Below are positions 10,093 to 19,182 of a stretch of DNA of 64,000 nt, piece after piece. The stretch lies in IMG/VR virus record IMGVR_UViG_3300028552_000002; one strand, 5' to 3'. A program made the position numbers and the translations under genes. A model generated the notes under the pieces. That model had not been told where the DNA came from. It was given only the letters and a program-made list of their open reading frames with translations, and searched no databases. This DNA is from an uncultured virus (IMG/VR IMGVR_UViG_3300028552_000002). Lineage: Duplodnaviria > Heunggongvirae > Uroviricota > Caudoviricetes. Numbering within the stretch: the first letter of the stretch is position 1; each line of letters starts with the position of its first letter.

Positions 10093-10425
10093 ATGGCCTT
10101 CCCAGTAACGACTACTCAATCTTCTACAACTAAACACGATGCTAGCGGAACAATAACGGCGGGAGGAACATCCCAAGTAGCGTTGGCTGCGAATGTAAAT
10201 TTAGTTGGATATGAAATTCAAAACTTGTCTATGACGACGACTTTGTGGATAAACGATACCGGATCAACCGCAGCGTCTTTCACCCCTAGTTCTATCGGAT
10301 TGGCCCCCGGTTCTGGCTCTGGCACGACTCAGGCCCCTGGCGGTTACGTTTCTTCCGCAACAGTTGCGGCGATTGCGCTTTTTAGCACGCAAACCGGTCA
10401 TCCGTTCACTTTAAAATGGTGGTAA
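10093..10425 (+). CDS. small beta-rich virion protein
   Basis: Thr/Ser/Gly rich, IQNLS motif, inside the fibre cassette. Confidence 0.55.
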   Translation: MAFPVTTTQSSTTKHDASGTITAGGTSQVALAANVNLVGYEIQNLSMTTTLWINDTGSTAASFTPSSIGLAPGSGSGTTQAPGGYVSSATVAAIALFSTQTGHPFTLKWW

Positions 10426-10429
10426 TTTT

Positions 10430-11752
10430 ATGATAGTAGAAAATTGGGGATACGAACAACCATCATCTTCCGCTGGTGGGTCTGGACTAATTACCGTTCC
10501 CGACGCCGGGGCAGTAAACGCTTTAGCTGTGACAAGTACAGATCTCGCAAGTTTAGAAGCTGGGAATGTTTTTACAGTAACAAATATTGTTGCAAGCAAT
10601 AACAGTTCGGCATCGATTTCTATTAATAGCGCTACTCCAATTAATATTGTAGGATCTGGTGGTTCTTTATTGCAGGGAGGGGAATTGACGATCGGGTGTG
10701 ATGCTGAATTTATTAAAACATCAACCGGACTTATTTGTCTGTTAGGAACAACTAACGGTACTGTTCAAGTAAAATCTGGAACGCAATCTAATCATGCGAT
10801 AAATTTAGGACAATTAACGGCATCACAAAACAACGATTTAAAAACTGCTAATAATTTGTCAGAAATTTTTAATAATGGATCTTCCGCACAAACAAGCGCA
10901 AGAACTAATATCGGTGCGCAACAGAGCGGAATTTCTTTAATTACTTCTAATTTGCTTTCTGAAATCGCAGCATTGGGAAGCACCGCACAATCTACCGCGC
11001 AAAGTAATTTAGGAATTACGGGTGGTGGCGTCGGCGGCGGAACCTCTGGTAGATTGTTAGGAATAGCACTTATTTCTACTTCGCAAACTTTTACTTTAGC
11101 GTCAGGAACTAATACTATCATTGCAGAAGTGATCGGCGGCGGCGGCGGATGCCTCGGGCTTGCGGCGACCGATTCTACTCACTTTGGCTATAATCTTCCC
11201 GGATTGCCTGGCGCATGGGCTTTAGTTGAAATTCCTGTATCTCAGCTTTCTACTGGTTCATCTGGAACCGTTATAATAGGTATTGGAGCTGGAGGCGCAT
11301 CGACTAATAGTCTAACGGTTAGCAATTCTGGATCTGCAACCACTATCGATACTTCAGTCGTTATTGCCGCAGGAGGGGCTGGCGCGGTTACAAGTCCTAG
11401 TGGAAGCGGAAACTATACAAACACAGCCGTAAATATTACTTACCCGTCTGGAACTTTAAGTGCTGTCTCTGTAGTATCTCCTTCTGTAATTTTAAAAACA
11501 AAAACTTCCGCCGATTATCTTTCGAAATTACCGATAACAATGGGGACCTTTTCGGCAACAAGTTTATTAGTTGCGAACTCTACGGGTGGAAATGTTGGCG
11601 TTAGTTGTTATTCAATATCTTTTTTTGACTCTAATAATACTTTCCCTAGATATGGGGTCGGAGGCAACGGTTCGTTCTTACCCATAAGCCAACCGGCTAG
11701 GGGTGGTAACGCAGGAATTCAAGGCGCGGTACGTTTATGGATGTATTCTTAA
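10430..11752 (+). CDS. accessory fibre protein 1 (2 NNLSEI repeats, glycine-rich C-terminal domain)
   Basis: Paralog of 11768-13420; EVIGGGGG and AAGGAGA motifs; ends QGAVRLWMYS. Confidence 0.75.
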   Translation: MIVENWGYEQPSSSAGGSGLITVPDAGAVNALAVTSTDLASLEAGNVFTVTNIVASNNSSASISINSATPINIVGSGGSLLQGGELTIGCDAEFIKTSTGLICLLGTTNGTVQVKSGTQSNHAINLGQLTASQNNDLKTANNLSEIFNNGSSAQTSARTNIGAQQSGISLITSNLLSEIAALGSTAQSTAQSNLGITGGGVGGGTSGRLLGIALISTSQTFTLASGTNTIIAEVIGGGGGCLGLAATDSTHFGYNLPGLPGAWALVEIPVSQLSTGSSGTVIIGIGAGGASTNSLTVSNSGSATTIDTSVVIAAGGAGAVTSPSGSGNYTNTAVNITYPSGTLSAVSVVSPSVILKTKTSADYLSKLPITMGTFSATSLLVANSTGGNVGVSCYSISFFDSNNTFPRYGVGGNGSFLPISQPARGGNAGIQGAVRLWMYS

Positions 11753-11767
11753 AAAGAGATTTCTATT

Positions 11768-13420
11768 ATGGGAACAAATAACTGGGGTTACGGTGAAGAA
11801 AGTTCTGGAGGTGGTGGAATGCTTACATATCCCGATACGGGCGCGGCAAACGCTATCGCAATTAATACCGCAGCAGTTGTTTTAGTTATAGGAGAAATCT
11901 TTACTGTAACTAATATCGTAGCAAATAATACCGGTGCAACGACTATCTCTATTAATAGTGCCACTCCTATCGAAATCGTAGGAATGGGAACGTCAAATCT
12001 TCAGGGAGGCGAAATTGTCACCGGATGCGATCTCGCATTATTAATAAATTCGGTTGGAACGGTAACGCTAATATCTACTAGCAACGGATCTTTGCCTGTC
12101 AAAACAGCGACACAATCTAATCAGGCTGTAACGCTCGAGCAATTAAATACAGATCAACTGTTAGATTTAAAAACTGCAAATAATCTTTCAGAAATTGCTA
12201 CGGCAGGTTCCGCTGCTCAATTAGCGGCAAGAAATAATCTCGCTATTCCTGTTCCAGCTACATTTTTACAAACGTCTAACGATCTTTCTGAAATTGCCGC
12301 GCAAGGGTCTACCGCACAGTCTAATGCTCGAACGAATTTGGGCGTCAATACTTCAAACTTTTTGCAAACGGCTAATAACTTGTCTGAAATTGCAACAGCA
12401 GGACCGACAGCGCAGACCGCAGCAAGAACAAATATCGGAGCTCAGCAATCCGGAACTTCTTTGCAGACAGCAAATAATCTTTCCGAAATTGCTACGGCTG
12501 GATCTACGGCACAATCGGCTGCGAGAACTAACTTAGGCGTAGACACTACGCAATTTTTACTCAAGACTAATAATCTTTCAGAAATCGCGACAGCGGGAAC
12601 TTCCGCTCAGTCCGCAGCTAGAACTAATATCGGTGCGCAACAGAACGGAATTTCTTTAATTACTTCTAATTTGCTTTCAGAAATCTCAGCGTTGGGATCT
12701 ACCGCCCAAGCTACTGCCCAAAGTAATTTAGGGATTAGTGGTGGTGGCAGTAGTATAGGACGATTTCTAGGGACGCTGTTATTAACCTCTTCTGGAACTT
12801 ATACTCTAGCGACTGGATGCCGACTCATCATTGCAGAAATGACCTCTGGTGGTAGCGGCAGCGGCGGAATACCTGGAACCAGTTCTACTCAATGGGGAAT
12901 CTCGGCACCTGGATTTCCAGGCTCTTGGATGATAATTCAATTTTTAGTATCACAATTATCAACCTCTGGAACAAATCAAATTTCAGTAACAATAGGTTCG
13001 GCAGGAGTAGGAACAACAACGACAGGAGGGACTTCTGGCGCTACGTTAATAGACGCTGGATCTGTTGCCGCTTGCCCAGGAGTAACAGGGGGACCTGTAG
13101 GATCAGCTATTACTACGACGGCAAGTCTTGTTTTACCTAGGGCTTATCCTTCTGTAGCGTTATCGATAATTTCTCCGGCCGTTCTAATTGCTAGTAAAAC
13201 TCAAGATCATATTCTTTCCATAAGCCCTTTGTATGGCTCTATTGCTGGAAATCCATTGCCTTATTCCAGTACTTCAGCATCCAATAGCGTTGGAATAAGT
13301 TATTTTTCGGAAGGTGTTTACGGACAAGCTGCACCTGGAGGTTTTAACGCGTCAAGTTCAGCCTTGAGATCTGGTGCCAGCGGATCTCAAGGCGCGGTAC
13401 GTTTATGGATGTATTCTTAA
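11768..13420 (+). CDS. accessory fibre protein 2 (6 NNLSEI repeats, glycine-rich C-terminal domain)
   Basis: Paralog of 10430-11752 with the same C-terminal QGAVRLWMYS. Confidence 0.75.
   Translation: MGTNNWGYGEESSGGGGMLTYPDTGAANAIAINTAAVVLVIGEIFTVTNIVANNTGATTISINSATPIEIVGMGTSNLQGGEIVTGCDLALLINSVGTVTLISTSNGSLPVKTATQSNQAVTLEQLNTDQLLDLKTANNLSEIATAGSAAQLAARNNLAIPVPATFLQTSNDLSEIAAQGSTAQSNARTNLGVNTSNFLQTANNLSEIATAGPTAQTAARTNIGAQQSGTSLQTANNLSEIATAGSTAQSAARTNLGVDTTQFLLKTNNLSEIATAGTSAQSAARTNIGAQQNGISLITSNLLSEISALGSTAQATAQSNLGISGGGSSIGRFLGTLLLTSSGTYTLATGCRLIIAEMTSGGSGSGGIPGTSSTQWGISAPGFPGSWMIIQFLVSQLSTSGTNQISVTIGSAGVGTTTTGGTSGATLIDAGSVAACPGVTGGPVGSAITTTASLVLPRAYPSVALSIISPAVLIASKTQDHILSISPLYGSIAGNPLPYSSTSASNSVGISYFSEGVYGQAAPGGFNASSSALRSGASGSQGAVRLWMYS
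12167..12730 (+). repeat. six intragenic tandem repeats, alternating 99/96-bp period
   Basis: N-x-L-S-E-I units start at 12179, 12278, 12374, 12473, 12569 and 12668. Confidence 0.9.
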
Positions 13421-13440
13421 TTAATAAATGAGGAATTAAA

Positions 13441-13635
13441 ATGTCAAATTATGCTTACGTTGAAAATGGTGTAGTTACTAACGTTATTGTTTGGGATGGA
13501 GTAACGCCTTACAATCCAGGTCCGACAGTTACTTTAGTTTTACTTCCAGACGATTCACAGGTATCTATTGGTTATTTATATGACGCGGATACAAATACCT
13601 TTAGCGCTCCTCCCGAAACAGATCCACAGCAATAA
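13441..13635 (+). CDS. small fibre assembly chaperone-like protein
   Basis: YAYVENGVVTNVIVWDG...IGYLYD...FSAP pattern; follows the fibre genes; RBS GAGG. Confidence 0.65.
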   Translation: MSNYAYVENGVVTNVIVWDGVTPYNPGPTVTLVLLPDDSQVSIGYLYDADTNTFSAPPETDPQQ

Positions 13636-14237
13636 TGAAAAAACCTAAAAAGTCTTTAGTTCGTCAGCATATTGAAGCTCTGAAGGCATTAAAAGGTTAT
13701 ACGATAGAGGCCGGGTGGTTTGAATCTGCCCGGTATCCTACTGTAGACGGAAATCCAGGCCCGCAAGTTGCATATATTGCTAGAATAAATAATTTCGGTG
13801 CGACAATTCAAATCCCTGAACATACTCAAACTATAATAAATGAATTTAAATTAGACAAGAAAGGTAATGTAATATATAAATTCGTTAAGTTCGGCACTGG
13901 GAAATATGCTCAGAAAAGCGTTGTCGTTATTCCCTCGCATACTGTTGTCATCCCGGCGCGTCCATTTATGCCTTACGCTTATCAATTGTTTGTGAAAGGA
14001 AAAGAACGATTCTTAAAGCGCTTAGCGGATAGAATGTTTCATGAAAATATACCAGCAAATCAAGCCCTTAAAGAGATTGCGGATTATCTAGAGTACTGTA
14101 TAGTAAGGAGTATTCAAAATGGCGACTGGGAACCTAACGCCCCGAGCACTATACGGCGTAAGGGTTTCGATAAGCCATTGATAGATAAGGGTACTATGTG
14201 GCAAACGGTGACCAGCCAAATTGTTAAAAAGGAATAA
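13635..14237 (+). CDS. virion morphogenesis / neck protein
   Basis: IPARPFM and PNAPSTIRRKGFDKPLIDKG motifs. Confidence 0.75.
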   Translation: MKKPKKSLVRQHIEALKALKGYTIEAGWFESARYPTVDGNPGPQVAYIARINNFGATIQIPEHTQTIINEFKLDKKGNVIYKFVKFGTGKYAQKSVVVIPSHTVVIPARPFMPYAYQLFVKGKERFLKRLADRMFHENIPANQALKEIADYLEYCIVRSIQNGDWEPNAPSTIRRKGFDKPLIDKGTMWQTVTSQIVKKE

Positions 14238-14242
14238 ACATT

Positions 14243-15763
14243 GTGATTAATCAAACAAGATATGTAAATATTATTTCAGGCGTTGGCGCTGGTACTGGAG
14301 TCGCTCAGCGCTCTATTACTTTGCGTCTATTGACTCAAAATTCATTAGTTCCGCCTAACGTTATTTTTCAATTTAGTAATCCTGACGACGTAGGATCTAT
14401 TTTTGGTTTGACGTCTGAAGAATATTTAAGATCTCTACAATATCTGCCTTTCGTTAGTAAAAATATTACTTCGCCGAAAAGCATTAGTTTTGCACGCTGG
14501 GTAAATGTCGCCATCCCGGCGATGGTGGTTGGCGATTCCGTAACAAAATCTTTGGCTCAATTTATTCCAATCACGGCCGGAACGTTGTCGATATTAAGCA
14601 ATGGCGTCGTCGTTCCGATTACTACAATTTCATTCGCTACCGCCGCGGATTTGACAGCCGTCGCTACCATTTTGCAAACGGCAATAAGAACTTCGACGGA
14701 TACTCAACTGGTAACGGCTACTGTAACTTATAATACAAATACCAATCAGTTCATTTTATCCGGCGCGACTTCTGGGACCGGCGTATTAAGCGTTGTCCCT
14801 ACCGGTTTATCTACTGACGTCAGTACTTTGGTAGGTTGGACGACTGGCGGCACCGTATTAGTCGCAGGTCAAGCTTCTGATACGCCATTGGCCGCAATAA
14901 CGAAAAGTGTTGCAATCAATAATAACTTCGCGACAATATCTATTTGTACTCCGGCTACTCCGTTAGCTAATACTGACATTGCATCGATTTCTCTTTGGAT
15001 CGCATCGCAAAATAATAATTACGTTTATTCTTTTGCTACTTTGGCTTCTAATCTTCAAACTATTTTCCCTTTAATTAAGGCTAATAGCGGAACAGCAATT
15101 CACGTTCTTAGTGCTACGCAGCCAAATGATTATATAGAGCAAGATCCTGCTTGTATTGCCGCTGCGACAGATTACACGGCTGCGAATTCTACTCAGAATT
15201 TTATGTTTAATCAATTTCCTTCGCAAAATATTACCGCGAATGACGACGCTACAGCGAATTTGTACGATGCGAATCGCGCGAATTATATCGGACAGACTCA
15301 AGTTGATGGCGGTGATTTATCATTCTATCAACGTGGAGTTTTGTGCGGAGGCACCAACGACGCGACGGATATGAATACTTATTACAATGAAATTTGGATG
15401 AAATCGTCCATTTCTGCGAATATTTTTTCGTTGTTGTTGAATTCTGCCATCGTTCCTGCCACTCCAAACGGTTCCGCCGCGATTCTATTGTCCATTCAAG
15501 AAATAGTATCTAACGCAAAAACTAACGGTGTTATTTCTGTCGGGAATTCTTTATCTTCCGTTCAGCAACAATCCATAAATAATTTAGCCGGAGATACGAA
15601 TGCTTGGCGACAAGTTCAGACTATTGGATATTGGTTAAACGTGACATTCTCGTCGCAAACTAATGTAAATAGTGGTCTTGTGGAATGGTTTGCAAATTAT
15701 ATTCTTATATATGCGAAGAATAACGCAATCAGATCTGTCACTGGTAGCGATGTTTTGATTTAA
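14243..15763 (+). CDS. contractile tail sheath protein (DUF3383-type)
   Basis: 506 aa, GTG start, RANYIGQTQ and FYQRGVLCGG motifs; precedes the tube gene. Confidence 0.85.
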   Translation: MINQTRYVNIISGVGAGTGVAQRSITLRLLTQNSLVPPNVIFQFSNPDDVGSIFGLTSEEYLRSLQYLPFVSKNITSPKSISFARWVNVAIPAMVVGDSVTKSLAQFIPITAGTLSILSNGVVVPITTISFATAADLTAVATILQTAIRTSTDTQLVTATVTYNTNTNQFILSGATSGTGVLSVVPTGLSTDVSTLVGWTTGGTVLVAGQASDTPLAAITKSVAINNNFATISICTPATPLANTDIASISLWIASQNNNYVYSFATLASNLQTIFPLIKANSGTAIHVLSATQPNDYIEQDPACIAAATDYTAANSTQNFMFNQFPSQNITANDDATANLYDANRANYIGQTQVDGGDLSFYQRGVLCGGTNDATDMNTYYNEIWMKSSISANIFSLLLNSAIVPATPNGSAAILLSIQEIVSNAKTNGVISVGNSLSSVQQQSINNLAGDTNAWRQVQTIGYWLNVTFSSQTNVNSGLVEWFANYILIYAKNNAIRSVTGSDVLI

Positions 15764-15777
15764 TAGGGGAATAAAAA

Positions 15778-16236
15778 ATGACTCAAAATATATCAGGATT
15801 TGGTGAATCATCATTTATCAAAGCGTCGAATACCTTTCCACAAGGTTTTCCTTTTAACGAATACGCAGATGATGCTGATCCTATGGACTCTCCAGATTAT
15901 CAAGTAGCGGAAACTGCGTTCGGGTTAAACGGTCATATGGTTTATTGGGTGCGTGCTCAAGGGATTGAAGTTGTTTATAACATACTTCCTTCAGTTCCGG
16001 GAGATATTAATCTATCCATTTTGGCAGAAGCAAATCGTGCCGGGTACGCTAAAACGTCCGCTGGGGATATTATTCAGTTAACGCATACTTATCCTAGCGG
16101 ATTAGTTGTTACATTAACGGATGGCGTTATAGTAACCGGGAACTTAGTTCCAAGTACTGCAACAAGTGGACGATTGAAAACGCATTTATATCGTTTTCGT
16201 TTTGAAAACATGATCAAATCGAATATTACGGCATAA
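15778..16236 (+). CDS. tail tube protein
   Basis: NISGFG...FPQGF...YADDADP; follows the sheath. Confidence 0.8.
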   Translation: MTQNISGFGESSFIKASNTFPQGFPFNEYADDADPMDSPDYQVAETAFGLNGHMVYWVRAQGIEVVYNILPSVPGDINLSILAEANRAGYAKTSAGDIIQLTHTYPSGLVVTLTDGVIVTGNLVPSTATSGRLKTHLYRFRFENMIKSNITA

Positions 16237-16238
16237 TC

Positions 16239-16586
16239 ATGCAACAGATTTCGTTATCTAATATTGCTAATCAAGGCCGTTCGTTTAATATCGATGGCGC
16301 TTATTGGCAGATTCATATCTATACAAGCATATCCTATGTCTGCGTGGATATTGTTAGAAACGGAATAAACATCATCAATGGGGCTCGCGGGTTTGCTGGG
16401 GTTCCATTGATTCCGTTCTCTTATTTGCAATATCCTTATGGAAATTTTATCTTTGATTCTGATGCAGATTGGAATAATTTTAATACGACTTGTAATCTCT
16501 ATTATTTAACTGCATCCGAATTTGAAACTTATCAGGATACAGTTAAGGAGACACTAATTTATGGCAATAGTAACGCTGCAAGTTAA
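16239..16586 (+). CDS. baseplate component
   Basis: PLIPFSYL...GNFIF...LYYLT pattern; synteny. Confidence 0.55.
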   Translation: MQQISLSNIANQGRSFNIDGAYWQIHIYTSISYVCVDIVRNGINIINGARGFAGVPLIPFSYLQYPYGNFIFDSDADWNNFNTTCNLYYLTASEFETYQDTVKETLIYGNSNAAS

Positions 16587-16911
16587 TAGTGACAACGATC
16601 TGTTTTTACCTGATGGTCGAAATTTTGGTATACTATCAGGCGAAGAAGCTCTAGCGCAAAATTTGCCGTTAGCTGGGAAAATGATACCAGGAGAAGATCT
16701 ATACGATACCACAAACGGCGTCGATTATTTTAATGACGTTTTTTCTCAGCAAGAAAATTATGACATGGCTAGATCTTCCATTTCCAATGCTATTTTAAAA
16801 AAACCTGACGTTCTTAGTATCAGATCGTTAGTTTTAAATATTAATGAAAACGTTTTTTCGTATACCGCTGAAGTATCTACTATTTACGGAAACTTAACTA
16901 TAGGTAATTAA
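16561..16911 (+). CDS. baseplate wedge / sheath initiator-like protein
   Basis: GEDLYDTTNGVDY and YTAEVSTIYG motifs. Confidence 0.65.
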   Translation: MAIVTLQVNSDNDLFLPDGRNFGILSGEEALAQNLPLAGKMIPGEDLYDTTNGVDYFNDVFSQQENYDMARSSISNAILKKPDVLSIRSLVLNINENVFSYTAEVSTIYGNLTIGN

Positions 16912-16913
16912 TT

Positions 16914-17144
16914 ATGGCCGATAAAATTCAATTTGCTAATGGTGTAATGATTTTCGCGAAAGATTTCAGTAAAAGAGAAATCTTATCAAAAGAACCAAAT
17001 GTAGTAGAAGAAAAAAATACGGAAAAAGAGCCTGCCGCGACAAAAGAATCGGAATCTGTAAAAGTCGTTAATGTTGCGGCGAAAGAAGTAGATATTGAGC
17101 CGGAAACGGTTGCCGTTGCTTCTAAAACTCCGGCGGCAAAATAA
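16914..17144 (+). CDS. hypothetical protein
   Basis: Fills the gap in the tail operon; charged, low complexity. Confidence 0.5.
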   Translation: MADKIQFANGVMIFAKDFSKREILSKEPNVVEEKNTEKEPAATKESESVKVVNVAAKEVDIEPETVAVASKTPAAK

Positions 17145-17153
17145 GGAATTTTT

Positions 17154-17651
17154 ATGCAGAACATAAGCGGGTTTGGCACCACAATTGATCTTTTGGCAAT
17201 ACAAACTTTTCCTTTAGGGTTTTCTATACGTCATTTTGCCGATGACGTAGATCCGCTTACTGCCGAATTAGTAGAACCTTCAGGATTCGAAATGCTCTAC
17301 GACGGAACATTGTTTCCTTTCTCTAAGGCCGCCCCGATAAAAGTCGGGGTATCCGTATTGGCGGATAGTGATGATGACATTAATTTAAAAATATTAATGC
17401 AGACTAGAAGTATTAAATCTAATTTACTTCCAATAGACGATTTTATTAGTTGGTCTATTAACTATCCAGATAATAGCAAAATTTTATTAAGTAATGGAAC
17501 GATATTAACCGGACAATTATTAACGTCAATTTCTTCAAGTGGAAGGAAGAAAAGTAATACGTATAATTTTGTTTTCGGGGTTTTTGCTGGAGCGCAATCC
17601 GCAACTGAAGTTGTCGCTACTATCGCTACAAATGTTTTGAGTTTAATATAA
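17154..17651 (+). CDS. second tail tube-like protein (paralog)
   Basis: Shares QNISGFG, FPxGF, ADDxDP and DINL with 15778-16236. Confidence 0.75.
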   Translation: MQNISGFGTTIDLLAIQTFPLGFSIRHFADDVDPLTAELVEPSGFEMLYDGTLFPFSKAAPIKVGVSVLADSDDDINLKILMQTRSIKSNLLPIDDFISWSINYPDNSKILLSNGTILTGQLLTSISSSGRKKSNTYNFVFGVFAGAQSATEVVATIATNVLSLI

Positions 17652-18178
17652 TGCCTAATACTTTAGCGCAATACGTAACATACGGGACCAGTTTCTCGAT
17701 AACAAATTTCGTTAGCGGATCTGTATCTTTGGATGGAATTCATATCCAACGTGTAACCATTCATTTATCCTCTATGATTTTTGATAATAAGAAAGAAAAC
17801 GGAACAAGCATTATAGACGCTAGAGTCTTATTGCCAACTACGATTGAAGTTCAAGTAATATGTAGCACTTTAGATGCTGTAGAAAAAATAAATAATATAT
17901 TATTGGATATTAATTCTATCTATTCCATATCATCGAAAGGTCTTATATTTCAAAATATGCAGTTGAACAATGATACTATTTTGCAGTCTCCCGACGTTTT
18001 ATCGGCGGCACCTCTTAAGTTAAATTTTCAGCAAAGAATTTTACAAAACAATAATAATCCTACTTGCGTACAAACTGGTGATTCTACATTAGTAGACAAT
18101 GGCATAAATTTATTAAAAACAACTGCCTCAAATGTAGAAACTTTCACTACTAATTTATTTAATTCTGCATTTTCATAA
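17651..18178 (+). CDS. baseplate/tube initiator-like protein
   Basis: Synteny; weakly similar to the next gene (QSP...Q.GD). Confidence 0.55.
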   Translation: MPNTLAQYVTYGTSFSITNFVSGSVSLDGIHIQRVTIHLSSMIFDNKKENGTSIIDARVLLPTTIEVQVICSTLDAVEKINNILLDINSIYSISSKGLIFQNMQLNNDTILQSPDVLSAAPLKLNFQQRILQNNNNPTCVQTGDSTLVDNGINLLKTTASNVETFTTNLFNSAFS

Positions 18179-18188
18179 GGCTATTATT

Positions 18189-18755
18189 ATGCCTAACACA
18201 ATTCTTTCACTTCTAAGCAGTAGCGGAAAAATTTCGATTATTGACGAACGAAATAAAAATCCGATAATGCAAAACTTAAAAATAAAATCTGTAGAAATAA
18301 ATAATTATGCCGACGTGAGTAATTTGCCGCTTGGTGATACTCAATTAACTAGTGTTGTAATTTATCAATCGACTCAGCGTAGTGATTTAGGTGCTGGCAA
18401 AATAATTTCTCCTACTAAAGTCATAGTAACATCATTTTCTTCTGACGTATCTGTCACTTCTAGCGTGTTTTCTGTCTTAGCGGACCTAGAGTCGTCTATA
18501 CAAATAATAACAAGATCTGTTATAATACCACACCTTGTCATTTCTGAAATCATAGTTATTCAATCCCCAGAAATGACCGACTCAGTACAAATAAATATCA
18601 CGCTACAACAGACGGATTCGCCATTCGGGAACCAATTTTCCCCGGCACAATCTGGAGACGATACGTTAGCAGGGGTAGCTTTTCAAACTTTAAAATCATT
18701 ACAAAGTACAGTCGATGATTTTGTATCTCAAATATCAAACACATTAGGATTTTAA
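18189..18755 (+). CDS. baseplate/tube initiator-like protein
   Basis: Synteny; weak paralogy to 17651-18178. Confidence 0.5.
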   Translation: MPNTILSLLSSSGKISIIDERNKNPIMQNLKIKSVEINNYADVSNLPLGDTQLTSVVIYQSTQRSDLGAGKIISPTKVIVTSFSSDVSVTSSVFSVLADLESSIQIITRSVIIPHLVISEIIVIQSPEMTDSVQINITLQQTDSPFGNQFSPAQSGDDTLAGVAFQTLKSLQSTVDDFVSQISNTLGF

Positions 18756-18756
18756 A

Positions 18757-19182
18757 ATGGATAACAGCATAGAAATTATCGTTAATAATGAAAAGAAGAC
18801 TATCAATCTTTATAAATTCGCGGCAATGGATGGATGGGACTTACAACGAAGATTTGTAGAATTCATTGAAAGCAAGGATAAATTTGAACGTCGGCAATTT
18901 ACGTCTGATGTTCTTGCTTATGCAAAAGTTCAATTAAAATCAACCGAATTACCATTAACAACAGATGCGTTAATTGATAACCATCTTCAGACATGGGAAA
19001 ATTTGAAAATTGTTTTTGAGTCTGTCCTCGGATATAACGGAATAGATCCTAAGAAACATGCAGAATTAGATATAAGAAAATATTGGAGCCTTGCTGGGGA
19101 AGAAATGGCAACTTCTTTCCTCGCCGAAATACAAACTCTTATGGGACCTATTTTAGAATATAGCAAAAATGCTAAGGATTGA
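18757..19182 (+). CDS. tail assembly chaperone
   Basis: Immediately upstream of the tape measure gene. Confidence 0.55.
   Translation: MDNSIEIIVNNEKKTINLYKFAAMDGWDLQRRFVEFIESKDKFERRQFTSDVLAYAKVQLKSTELPLTTDALIDNHLQTWENLKIVFESVLGYNGIDPKKHAELDIRKYWSLAGEEMATSFLAEIQTLMGPILEYSKNAKD

Noticed and set aside
12167..12730. CRISPR-like array
   Set aside because: Repeats are degenerate, in-frame protein repeats without unique spacers, and there are no cas genes.
10430..13420. Diversity-generating retroelement or invertible shufflon at the fibre genes
   Set aside because: No reverse transcriptase or invertase in the window; the repeats are direct and the differences are not adenine-specific.
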